Below, piece after piece: positions 13,417 through 26,000 of a stretch of DNA of 64,000 nucleotides. Location: assembly GCF_000150275.1 (NCBI RefSeq), contig NW_002060943.1, positions 8,513,982-8,577,981 on the forward strand, read 5' to 3'. The notes below the pieces were generated by a model. The model was given only the letters and a program-made list of their open reading frames with translations, did no database searches and had not been told where the DNA came from. Both the position numbers and the translations under genes were made by a program. The DNA is from Trichoplax adhaerens (Eukaryota; Animalia; Placozoa). How positions within the stretch are numbered: position 1 is the stretch's first letter; every line of letters begins with the position of its first letter.

Positions 13417-16400
13417 TTATTCCTCTAGAGAAATAAGATTACGACTAGCATCATTATTTTCTTCATTTTCACTTTGCTGAGCCCACATTTGTGCATATTT
13501 TCCGTTCATTTCAAGAAGATCTTCATGCCTAAGATATATACGCATACGTTGACAATCATGGTTGATCAAACTTAAACTAGCTACAGAAAAGATGTTAGCA
13601 ATAACGTTTCTAAGTTCATCATAGTAAGAATAACAACCGCTAATTATGAACTCACCGTCCTCTCTCTATTATTTCTCCATCCTTAAGTACAAGGATTAGA
13701 TCAGCGTTTATGATAGTTGATAGCCTAATTATAGAAAATTAATTAAATAGAGCAAAGCAGGATTAAGTTTCCTTTTATATATCGAAACGAGTAAATCTAT
13801 TAAACATTTCACTAACCTGTGTGCGACAACAACTGTGGTACGATTTGCGCATACTTTAGTTAACGAAGTTTGTATGTTTCGTTCAGTTTGAGTATCGAGG
13901 GCAGATGTAGCCTTATTGATTAAAATTAAATTCAGACTTTGGAAACTTCTTGAATCGAACCTACGAGTACAGCTTCGATTGTAATTATAGTATTACTAGA
14001 CATACCTCATCGAGTAACACAAATTGAGGTGACTTTAGAATAGTTCTAGCAATAGCTACTCTTTGCTTTTCTCCTCCACTCAGTTTTAGCCCTCGTTCAC
14101 CAACGACTGTATCATATTCTAGTGAAACAGGTAACCATAATTAGGTAATAAAAATTATTTAATTAAGAGAATAACTGTCTTTACTACGATACGTACTGTC
14201 TGTAAAGCGTAGCACGCGGTCATGAATATCTGCAGCTGCTGCGGCTTCCTCGACTTCATCGTCATTGGCATCAGCACGGCCATACCTTACATTATACCTA
14301 AATTGATGCAAGAAAAGAAAAATGATTATCTGGCGTATTAGTAACGCTCTTTACTATGATATATTTAATAATCCATTAAGGTTGTACCTAATACTTTCGT
14401 GAAATAAAACAGTATCTTGAGGAACGACACCTATAGCTTTCCTTAGAGATCTTTGAGAAATCTTGATTTGATAGCAATGTAAGTTAAAATAGGAAATAAC
14501 ATTAAGCATGATAGTACAGTACATATATTCTATACAGAGAATGCTACTCAATATAGAAAAATAAATTCGTACAAAAGCATCTAATACAGTAAGTTTATGA
14601 TTCTAAACTGGTTTTTAATACTACCTCACCTTGGTGATATCCTGACCATCAAATAATATCGTGCCGCTATGGATGTCATAAAAGCGGAATAGGAGTCTAA
14701 TTATTGTGCTTTTACCACTACCGGATGGGCCAACCTAAGAAAAAATGAATAATCAGTGTACTATGATCAAGTAGAATTGTGGTACCATAAGATAATTTTT
14801 CGGTTCTACTGTATGTAGTGACCGATACTCGTATTGCCGATATAACATTTCATCATAATATAATAGGGCTAAGCTATGTCAGTAACATAATGAAGAACCC
14901 TACCAAAGCTACAGTTTGCCCCGGGAGAACGGAAAATGAGATGTTCTTGAGAACTGGGCGACTGATAAAGCAGAATATCAATGTTAAATGTTAGAAACTG
15001 TATAACTATCGTAGAAAATAGCTTTATCAAAACAACGCTATCATCACCTAGAGTTATAATGAAAACAAACATCCCGAAATTCTATTTCGCCCTTAGTTAC
15101 ATTGAGTTCTGGTGCATTATCAATATCTTTCACCTAGCAAAGAAATTGTAACATCAGATTAATGTAATTCATTGTGTAGTACAAGTTGAAATTTAGATCG
15201 GAATGAGCCGCGTACTTTGTAAATAAGTACAGAGAGATGTTAGTACAAAGTACATCGTAATAATAAGATATTTAACGTTTTGCAAATTCCGTTACATGCT
15301 AATAAGTACATACATCTACTTCAGCTTTCATTAGATCAAGCATATTTTCCATGTCAATAAATGATTGCTGTATAGTTCTATAATTTCAAAAGTCAACGAC
15401 AGTATAAAATAATTAAAAGCACTGCTAAATCTGCTTAGAAAAATAATCAGCCTAGTACAGTATTTACGCTACCTGTAGTATGTCCCAAAGTAATTCAGAG
15501 GTGCATAGAGTTGCACTATATAAGTAGCAAATAGCACATAGTCGCCAACCTAGGGATTGGTACGTGACCGTACAGAAAACAAACTTTAATTTGAGTATAT
15601 AATGAGTTAATAGTATCGTAATGAATGTACACGCTCATAGGCGGAGAGGTATACTAAACTTTGGAAGTTAATATTACACGTATTAGTGTAAAAGTACGTA
15701 GAACCATAACCAGTATTACCTTCAAGGATCCTTCCGCTACAAGATTCGCACAAAGTAAAGAACCAGCCAAAAGTCCTGAAGTTATAATGATACTTTGTGA
15801 AAGGTTTAATAATTGCAATGAGGCTAGGCTAATCCACTCAGATCTCTAATGAAAATAAATTGGCGAAAGCAAAAGATTTACATCTATTAGTTTTTGGATA
15901 GACAGTTTGTAATATCTCGGGTAAAAAATGATATTAATCTTAATTGATTACTATCGTATCACCTGATACTCAACAATCGCAGAATTAAATCTGTCAACCT
16001 CAAATTCCTCTCCAACGTAATATTTTACCTGAAATAATTTTATTTAGGATGTAAAACTGATTTCATACCATAGCTAAAAAATTAATTAAAATTGACCTGC
16101 TTACAGTTTCGAAATTTATTAAGGAATCAACAGCTTTAGCTCGTGAAGAGTTATCCAGCTTATTCATTTTTCGGCGAAACTTTGTTCGCCATTCAGTTAT
16201 ATATATCGTAGCAATCAGATACAATACCATGGCGAAAAATACGATAACGCCAAACCAAGCATTAAAGGCCAGTATGAAGTAAATGATAGCTATAATGATG
16301 TCAGCTATTGTTGGAAGGATGCTAAAAATGACATTACTATAGATAATATAAATAGTAAAACTTCCATTAATAATCGCACTGATTGAAGCGAACATTGATG

Positions 16401-19400
16401 CTTGATATTTATGCTGTACCTCAGTAGCGTATTAATGCTGCTAGCGCCACGATCCATAACACGTAAGATTTCACCAGTTTTACGATTTAAATGCCATTGT
16501 AAGGATAAGCTTTTAATGAAAATAATTGTATTCTTAGTTAAACTTAAGTCTTTTCAATCGTTTAATTGACAGTTCAATCTATTTACCTATGCAGATGAGC
16601 GAATAATTCTACACGCACGGTTCTTGTTGTATATTGCTGAACACGAATCCATAAAAATGAACGAATAATACTTACAAAGCCCATTGATCCTGAATGTAAC
16701 GCCAAATATAATGTTACATCAATTATAAGAATAAATTTCTAGATCAAATTTAATATGTAATCATGTAGGCATTATCTGTAAACCTACCTACTCCTCCTCC
16801 CTGTAAAAACTTGAAACCAACATACGCGAAAATTAACCCGGTTGGCATTAAAATTTTACCATGAACCCCGGTAAGGGCATTTACTATAAAAATTCGATTT
16901 GAGAAAACCATTAACGTTTCAAGTTACTATGATAGAGAAATCTATACAATAACAAATATTTGTTAAAAACGTTTAACTTACCAATATATTTGTAATATAA
17001 TGGTACCAATAAATTGACTCCTCTCACAGAACACAAGAGGATAAAGCATAATACAACGTGGAATTGAAGTCTCCTAGATGCAATGAGAAGAGTATTATCC
17101 AGTTATAAAATTTTACTTCACTTACATACCAAACCAATCCATTAATATTGATAGCGTGGCTTTCGTAGCAATATAAAATGCGAATGCAAAACTTACTTGT
17201 TCTTTTTAGGCCATACATACGGCCATAACATCTTAAATTTAGTGCTGATAGCATTAAACGTCGATTTCGACTCTGATGTTATATTCCCGTCCTCTTTATC
17301 CTATCAAAACGTAAATGCAATAGTGATTAACATATATGCAACGATACAACATAGAGCAGAATTTACTTCTTGCGGAAGAATGATATGAACAAATAGTAGA
17401 AGCTTACAAAACCTACTAAAGGTAATTATAATAATTGTGAATTACAGTAGAATTTATTACAAATGGTGATGATTTCAATCGAAACAACCATGATTAGGAT
17501 CGCAATGAGGAATTCTTAGTCACACGTAACGGTTACTTCGTAATATCACTATTTATCAATCATTTCTTTGATAACTAATTAATCACTGCCATACCTCGTC
17601 TATCCAATTAAGAAGCCAATATAGCTAATTTATTTTAAGTGTAAGTATGGTCATTCAGTCTGAATATATAAAGGATTCAATAGCCGTATAGTGGCTAACG
17701 AAATTACACTAATCTTGCAGTACCGTCTCTCATAGTATTTACATCGTAACATTAAATGCATTAATTAATAAATGTAAGAACAGTAAAGTAGAGCTAGTTA
17801 TGATCGCTTAATTTGCCCGATTCACAATTGCAATAATTATTATAATTATCTTACCTCATCGACATCCGCGTTGACTAATAGTGCAAAGCGTGCTCCACGA
17901 CGCATAATACTGAAGGCAGCACCGTGGTAGCCAAGGAGGAGAGATAAAAATGCACCGATATATTTCAAAATGAAGACGCATAAATCGGCAATATCGACTA
18001 AAAAATGAGAAAAAAATTGCAATTATTACGAGTACTAGCAATCGATTGTCACCGCCATGATATTAGCGCACTACTGTATATTACAAATAAATGCAAAGCC
18101 CAATACAGATATATTCGCGTATAACTATATTGAGGCGTGATCAAAATCTAGGACATTATAGCGTAGTACTGTATAATAATTATGAGAGCCGAACTTGTCA
18201 TACTTACTGCTTCGCTTCATTTGCCACCACCATCGAGGGCTTTTCCACGATATGAATGCTATATTCTCCAAAGCAAAGGCAGTCAACCAGAATAGAAATA
18301 ATGGCCATCCATGTCTTGTAGCTTTAGATCGCAAAATGTAAGATCTTTCAATCTTCATAACTAGCATTGAGTAAGTCCATGCCAAGAAACTTAAGCAAGC
18401 AGCTACAATAATATAATCAGGAGGTAGCCTGCCAGTCGTTTCTATTTAATAAATTACCGAAAAATTTTGGTACCGCAGTCACTTTAAAGTCATATTAGTA
18501 AATTAATTATGGGATTATCAATTATGTATCAGCTTGATCATATGATGAGTGGTTGAAGTTGTCATTGTACTTTCTGATCCCATTACAGCTTCATCTACAA
18601 CCGTAAACATTAGCTTTCTTGACTGTCTAGAATCCATCGAATTAATCTATACCTAGCACAGGTCATAATGCAAACTATACTTAACTGAGTTGGCTGAACA
18701 TGCATAATTCGTTATCAATTATTCATGCATGAGTACGATGTCATCTACACTTTATCTAATTTAGTCTTACTACAATAAATTGCAAGTGTATAAGTGGCAC
18801 AGTATTGATTGAATTTAACAGCAAAAATCAATGTACCTTCTGTGTGTGTTTGCTTATGGTACTCGTAATGCTGGATGTTACTCAGATGCTTTTTATCATA
18901 GCAAGCATTGCAATTTATTTGTTTCTATACAGTACAGGATTATCTTTTTGGCCCATGATATCTGTCTTTAATTTCGTGCTGTGTGATATAAATTACTGCT
19001 TTAGCTAATCTAACAAAATAGACTAAATTAACTTTCATGCCCATGCATGATATCAGTTCAATTTAATGCTACAATAACTGCACAGCCATACAATGTACGA
19101 GATAATTAATACTTGTGTTTACTCCTCGATGTTTCGTACGATTGTGTATTTAATTTGTACAGTAATTCGTTATGAGATATGCCATCAATGCCTGAATTTC
19201 TAGCCATTTGAATTCATTAATTATTGTTTTATAGTGTAAATCGCAAGAACTGTTGAAACCGTTTTTCTTCTATACGTGCTGTATGACTAGCTATCTCTAC
19301 AGTCCGATATGAAGTCATCTCTGTGTCGAACTTCAATTGATGAATAAACGGGTGATTCCGCACCTAATGCTATCCATGTTTTGCACGATTTATTGTTACT

Positions 19401-20508
19401 CAAGAGTAAAAAAAACTATCGACTTGGGATCTTCACATGATAGCTTGCCTAATTGCCTCCTTGTAGTCACAGGTGCAATATCAATTTGAATGACGAGTAT
19501 GGAGCACATTACAGAACTACAGTTACAAGTGTACAAGAGAAGCCTCTTACTGTGTATTTTTAGTGCAGTATCTTATACAAAGAGTAATTAATATATCAAC
19601 TGTCAGAAAAATTCATAAGTATCAGTTACTTGGCATAGTTAATCATTGATCTACTACTGTATACTTTAACATTAAAGTATTCAATATACTCGCTATGGCG
19701 ATTTGATGTAGTCAATAAGAAGGATGTATCGATGGAAAGATATCATCCATGCTTAGCATACGTATCATTCTTTGCTATGTATTAAAAGCTATGTACACAG
19801 CCTATCCATCGATTTCTATTTGTCTAGCAGTATATCTAATCCCTTGATAATGTGATCTACTACTGTATAATTTAACATTGAAGTATTCAATATACCCGCT
19901 ATGGCGATACGATGTAGTCAATAAGGATGTATTGATGGAAAGACATCATCCATGCTTAGCATATGTGCCATTCTTTGCTATGTACTAAAAGCTATGTACA
20001 TAACCTATCCATCGATTTCTACTTGTCTAGTAGTATGTCTAATCCCTTGATAATGTGATCTCATCACTTTGCGAAAGAATGTAGAAGGTTACTACTGTTA
20101 TGGATGAAAAGCCGGCATTGCATAAAAAGTAGATATTACCCATCATGTTCAATGATGGCGGTCATGGCTACTACTAATTACCCATAGCTACAATGGTATG
20201 ACAGTCGTCAACAATATGACTTGTACCTTACCGATGATAGCATGGATGATGATATAAGCAACGTTGATAAATGCCATGGCCAAAGCGACTAAATGTTGCA
20301 GTTTGTAAGCAAATGACGATGGAATTTTACTGCTCGATTTGCCATGATAGCGCCTTCGTAAGTGAATGCAGTAACCAGTTCCAACGATAAAGGAAAGAAA
20401 GAGTAATATACAGCCTGCGATTACTCTATAGAAACAAACTGACAAACCAAAATCAACCCATACTGGTGTAAAAGGATCATTGCGGCTACAAAATATATTG
20501 CGTGCCAT
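13417..20508 (-). CDS. ABCB6: ABCB6/HMT1-type ABC half-transporter (TMD0 + TMD + NBD), about 22 exons, all catalytic motifs canonical
   Basis: N-terminus [27 protein letters not shown] (TMD0); [21 protein letters not shown]; TEWRTKFRR; [12 protein letters not shown]; Walker [10 protein letters not shown]; Q-loop GVVPQD; signature [13 protein letters not shown]; Walker B/D-loop LLDEATSALD; H-loop AHRLST; stop TAA at 13417-13419. Confidence 0.96.
19647..20061. repeat. Tandem duplication, 2 x about 206 bp, in ABCB6 intron 1
   Basis: The unit tgatctactactgtata...ctaatcccttgataatg starts at 19647 and again at 19853 with scattered substitutions. Confidence 0.93.
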
Positions 20509-20926
20509 CTTGAAGGCGAATGATAAAGATTAATTAGCTTGAGATGTTAATTAATGAATTAATTAATCAACCGGGGAAATTTGAATTTTCCTTTTACTAT
20601 AGCAAACGAGCTTTTATCAATGGCTAGTAAACAGTATGGATTAGATCAATTGAATCAGCAGGGTATAATACTTTATATGGCTGGCTGTGCTAAGGTAGGG
20701 TATAATGTAATACTATCGCTCATATCTAATCTCTCTGCCGTGCTGTATTATCATAGAATGTATAGAAATCTTTGGAATGCTTTGTCACCATGACTAAGCT
20801 GAAATTAGCAATCCATTTTTTTGGACTGGAGTCATATTATCTTTGTATTTATAAAGTCATGTTTTGGATGTTGTATAACAATAGTATAGCTAAAGGCTTG
20901 TTTAGGACACTTTATAGCAGTCTATC

Positions 20927-21300
20927 GCTAATACTAATAATGCTATAATACTATAGCTATTAGCTAGAATATCATACTAATACTAATACTAATAATACTA
21001 TGATACTATAGCTATTAACTAGAATATCATACTAATACTAATACTAATAAGACCATAATACTATAGCGTTTAACTATAACATCATACTAATACTAATAAT
21101 ACTATGATACTATAGCTATTAACTAGAATATCATACTAATACTAATACTAATAATACTATGATACTATAGCGTTTAACTATAACATCATACTAATACTAA
21201 TACTAATAATACTATGATACTATAGCTATTAACTAGAGTATCATACTAATACTAATACTAATAATACTATAGCGTAGCATCTATAATAATACTATAATAA
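20927..21300. repeat. AT-rich minisatellite, about 50-57 bp unit, about 6 copies
   Basis: Unit resembles actaataatactatgatactatagctattaactagaatatcatactaatactaat, with a variable number of actaat hexamers. Confidence 0.93.
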
Positions 21301-21469
21301 TAATACAATATAAGTTATTAACTATATAAACTACCAATTCATTATAATACTTGTTATTTAGAAATCAAGGGGAATGCTAATGCAATTGGGGCTTATTTGA
21401 ATTCTCATCTTTCGGTATACTGGACTTGAATTGGACATATGGTATATCTTACATTTGCAACATTTTATA

Positions 21470-21990
21470 GCAATAGTATAAGATAGATCGTGTTTGCAAG
21501 TCTTTACGTAGTAGTAGAACATTTCCAGTAAAGTATAAACTATTAAAATGCATTCTAAACTGGATATTTGAGGTATAAAAATTGTAGAAAGGCTCTTAAT
21601 GTCTCATTCCAATTTTACAACAAGTACAGTATATACTTGTTCGAAAGACTACAGTAATACTTGTAGATAGATCGTGTTTGCAAGTCTCTACACTGTAGTA
21701 AAACATTTCCAATAAATCTACTACCATTAAAATACGTTGTAAACTGGATATTCGTTGCGTAGAAATATATAGTTTTTTTTAATATCTCATTACAATTTAC
21801 AACAAGTACAGTATATACTTTTTTAAGAGACAGCAGCAATAGTATTCGATAGGTCGTGTTTAGAAGTCTCTGTACAGTAGTAGAAAATTTCCAATAAATT
21901 ATTCTACAATTAAAATGCATTATAAACTGAATAATCGCGGCGTAGAAATTGTAGAAAGGTTCTTAACGTCTCATTCCAATTTTACAACAT
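21470..21990. repeat. Diverged tandem array, about 3 x 184 bp
   Basis: gatagatcgtgtttgcaagtc...tctcattccaattttacaac recurs at about 21482, 21666 and 21848. Confidence 0.88.
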
Positions 21991-22565
21991 TTACTCTTTC
22001 AAGAAGATAAATAATAGCAAAAGCCATGTCGAAGGCAGTTTATAATAATAATATTAGACGGAAATCACGCTGCGTCATGAACAGTAGCTTATGCAAGATG
22101 CAATATTGAAATATATGTGATCTAGTTGCATTATAACACGCTGCATTCTGTACCTTTCACGCGAAAAAGCAATATCTACATTGCTAATTTGCAAAATATC
22201 CAAAACTCTATAACTTGATTAATAGATCATTTTATTTTAGCAAAAAATTGCCCCTTTTAAAAACCATCTAGAAGCTAGTTCTACCCTTGATTTGAGTAGT
22301 GAGCCATCTATTGTTGTGATAACTTCTAAAAGTCAGAAACAATATTACTTGACTACATAATATTTCAGCTTACTCACAGTGTAAAGTGTATATAGTACAT
22401 TAAATGTTACTGATAATATACAGAAATAACAGACGCCAATATAAATGATCTAATTTTAATTCCTTTCTATAAATCTTTATGCACCGTATTTTTGACAATA
22501 ATGTGGCCGATGAAATACGATACTGTGGATAAACACGATAGCATAATCGCATGCAAGATACTCTG

Positions 22566-22761
22566 TATATGTATATATGCGGGTACATCATATGCTAAAC
22601 GCAATCCTAAATTGATATGGCTAATTTAAGCCAAATACATTAGATTATAGAGGTATACCTGTATATATAAGTAATATATATACTGTATGTATAGGGTGCA
22701 TCACATGCCAAACATATTCCTAAATTGATATTGCTAATTTGAACCAGATATTGAGATTATA
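22566..22761. repeat. Short diverged duplication (2 x about 80 bp)
   Basis: gggtacatcatatgctaaac..cctaaattgatatggctaattt and gggtgcatcacatgccaaac..cctaaattgatattgctaattt. Confidence 0.7.
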
Positions 22762-23026
22762 TCCCTAGACTTTAACCCAAACTTATGCCAGTGATAGCTA
22801 CAATAAATTGATTAAAAAGAAAAATCTCTTTCGAAAGAATAAAATGTTGTGATAACTGTTCTACTGCGAATATAATACTATTTTAACAGCAGATATCTAC
22901 ACTATACTATCAGAATTATTGGATTAGACTGCGAATAAGTGTTGACATACAAGACGTAAACACTTTATCATACTACTATAATTGGCGTAAAATTTATCTT
23001 GTTCAATCCAATTTGACCCGAAGAGA

Positions 23027-26000
23027 CTATCTAACTAGACTTCGGTAGTATAGATTTGTAGCCCTTAAGTATTTGTGTCTGTAAAAACAAAAGCAAACGC
23101 TATTAAGTGATGCTCAGCCAATGGAGAAATATGTAATGTTTACTTAAAATTGAATATACTGTATATAGGAAAGAAATTATATAAGCAGTTGTTGTAAAAT
23201 GTGTAATAATATTTCTAGTACATCAAATTTACTTTTACGCAAACATCACCGTAATATTATTACAAATTACAAAAATTATTCTAGACCGAAATATCTTTAA
23301 AATTCATAGTTGTTACCTTCCTTCGTCTATCGTTTTACCGTCTTTTATAACCACAATATTATCGCATTTCTGAATGAATTCCAATCTACAATATCAATAA
23401 TTTAAGTTTTGAAATGGTTCTGTGATTAAATATTGCTTTAATGGTGTATAGATAAATGCAGAATCTATATTTAGTGCACCTTATTAAAAAGTTACTAAAA
23501 TTTACACTAGTAATAGTCCTAGAAATTTTCTTTTAAATATCAAATATATATGATCAATCCAAATTAGTCATCTAAAGCGGATATTGTATTATAAATTTAT
23601 AACGCAAGCACAATTTTGTACCTATTAGTACTTATGACGACAGTCCTTTCATTGAAGAGCGTACATAAAGGTTGAATTATAGTATCCCAAGATTTATCAT
23701 CGAGATTCAATATTGTCTATTTATATCAAGGATAACATTAGTTGAATGAAAACGATAAGCAGTAAAATTCCTTTCTTCTTAGCTATGTAATTTTGCATGA
23801 CTAATACGAATAGAATTTTAAACATATACTTATTGCTTTCAAGAGGATCATTATTCCATACTATGTATAACTCCCTTATTTCTGTTTCTGTATAAAATTA
23901 TACCTCTGAGAGATCTTCGATCAGAACAATTTCCGGATCTTTCAAAATAACTCTAGCAATGGCAATTTTAACTCTATCTTCAACTCTAAATCTTAACTCA
24001 TCTATACCAATTAGGGTGTCATAACCTAATCATCCCCAAATTTATATCATATTACATAAAGTTCCATCAAGATTTAAACCGATTTACTCATTAGCTATAT
24101 TCTTAATAGATGTCGGTTACCTTCTGGCAGTGATATTAGTTTTTCATGTATACCGACTAGCTCGCAGGCTCGGATAATTTCTCCTTCAGATTTATTAGAA
24201 CACCCATAACTGACGTTGTGTCTAGTCGGATAACATAGGTAATATTATGCATCTGTTGGACGAAATGGTAGTCCTATGCAATACTTTACGGTCTAAAAAT
24301 CATGGATATTGCTATTTAATTCGTACTTTATAGTGCCTTGAATGAGTTTCGGTTCCTTTGGTATATAGCCTATATTCCTTCGCAAAGACTTCCAGTTTAC
24401 CTTAATATTTAAAGTAGTGTTGATAGAATTGCTTAAGACTAATTCTATTCTCTCTCCCTATCCTAGATGATTAATATTCCTACACATTGTATGCTGTTTA
24501 TGATTTACTTTAGTTTCTAAAATGATGATTAAGAACTTAGGAAGGATTTACTGTAAACAGGCTTCAAAGTATCCGTGCTGAACTTATTACTTATGAATCA
24601 TGCAAAGTTTTGGATCATTTGTAAATCTATGTTAACAAATGCTAGCCTTGTTGAAATGGCAAAATCTAAAGCAAACTTTTATGCCTGCTTAAAGTTCTGG
24701 TAGTAAATAATAGTATCTACACACTAATCACCGACTTCGGACAGGAGACTTACCAATTGGATATTCCTTCCTAGGACCGTAATTTTTCCTTGGTGTAAAG
24801 GGTGCCAGCCATAAATCAACTTTAAAATCGCATCTTTACCACTCGTTGGTGACCCCACCTAAACCAAAACCAATGAAAATTATACATAGTGGCTTGTATA
24901 ACAGAAATAGTAATCATATATTGATCAATATTATCTCCAAATATCGATGGTATAGTTATACTAAACCAACTAATGCTAAAGTCTGCTGATATAGGACTTG
25001 AAGGGAGACATTTTCTATAGCTGGATATCTATTCATGATAATAATTACAACCAGATAAAATTACAATATTGATTAGCATTTAGATGTACTAATGGTTAGA
25101 AAAATATTATAATAATAAATCTTAAAGGTTAAAAATACAATATATACGTAAATACTTTCGATTAGGTCGAGATGATACATTTTCCATTTTGATGCCATCT
25201 TGATGAGCCTCTAAGTCAGGCAGTTCTTTGTAGTTGTTATCCTTTAAATTTTTTATACAGTATTCATTAGGCAAAAATTCATCACTGTATTATAAATTAT
25301 GTTTTTAAGTTACATGATCAATTATGAATTCTAGAAAAAGATCTTTATAAATTGGCTAATTAATTTAAACATGAATTATCCATTCATACCACACTATTTT
25401 AGTTACCTTCAGGAGATCTTGTAAAATTGTAAACAACCTATTAATATCCTGGATTTGGCCATAACTATAAATTATTGAATAGAATATTAAGCCACCCAAA
25501 ATTATAAGTTGAGTTATAATTACTGGTAAAATATTGCTGTATTCTGGTCATGATGGACTTAGTTAATTGACTATTGCAAGCTAAAATTGTTAGTTGGTAG
25601 TTTGGATTGGTACTACAACTACTACTTTTTAAAATTTTTATAAATTTACGACTATTAAATGATGAATTTGCTGCAAAAACTGATAATATTGGCAATAAAA
25701 CTATAATTTTCGAAACGATTTCTATGATCAATTATAGTTTAAAAAATTCTCTATAAATATTACATCTGTATTTTTTATTCGAAAGTAAAATCTCATAGCA
25801 TGCTTCTAGTAATCCCGTATAGAGCAGTTGCAAACCTGGAATTTGAAATTAATGTTCTAACACAGGAATATATGACTTCCAAATAGATAATAAACAAGAC
25901 TAAATCACCAACCTAAGTAAAAATCATAATTATTGGAGAATCAGAGATAGCTCGGTTATTTTAAATTAATCGTTTAATGGATGGTATATTGATTTTAATT

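Noticed and set aside
20927-21300. CRISPR-like appearance of regularly spaced repeats (also the 34 kb and 58 kb arrays)
   Set aside because: Whole units are homologous with no unique spacers, there are no cas genes, and the context is eukaryotic.
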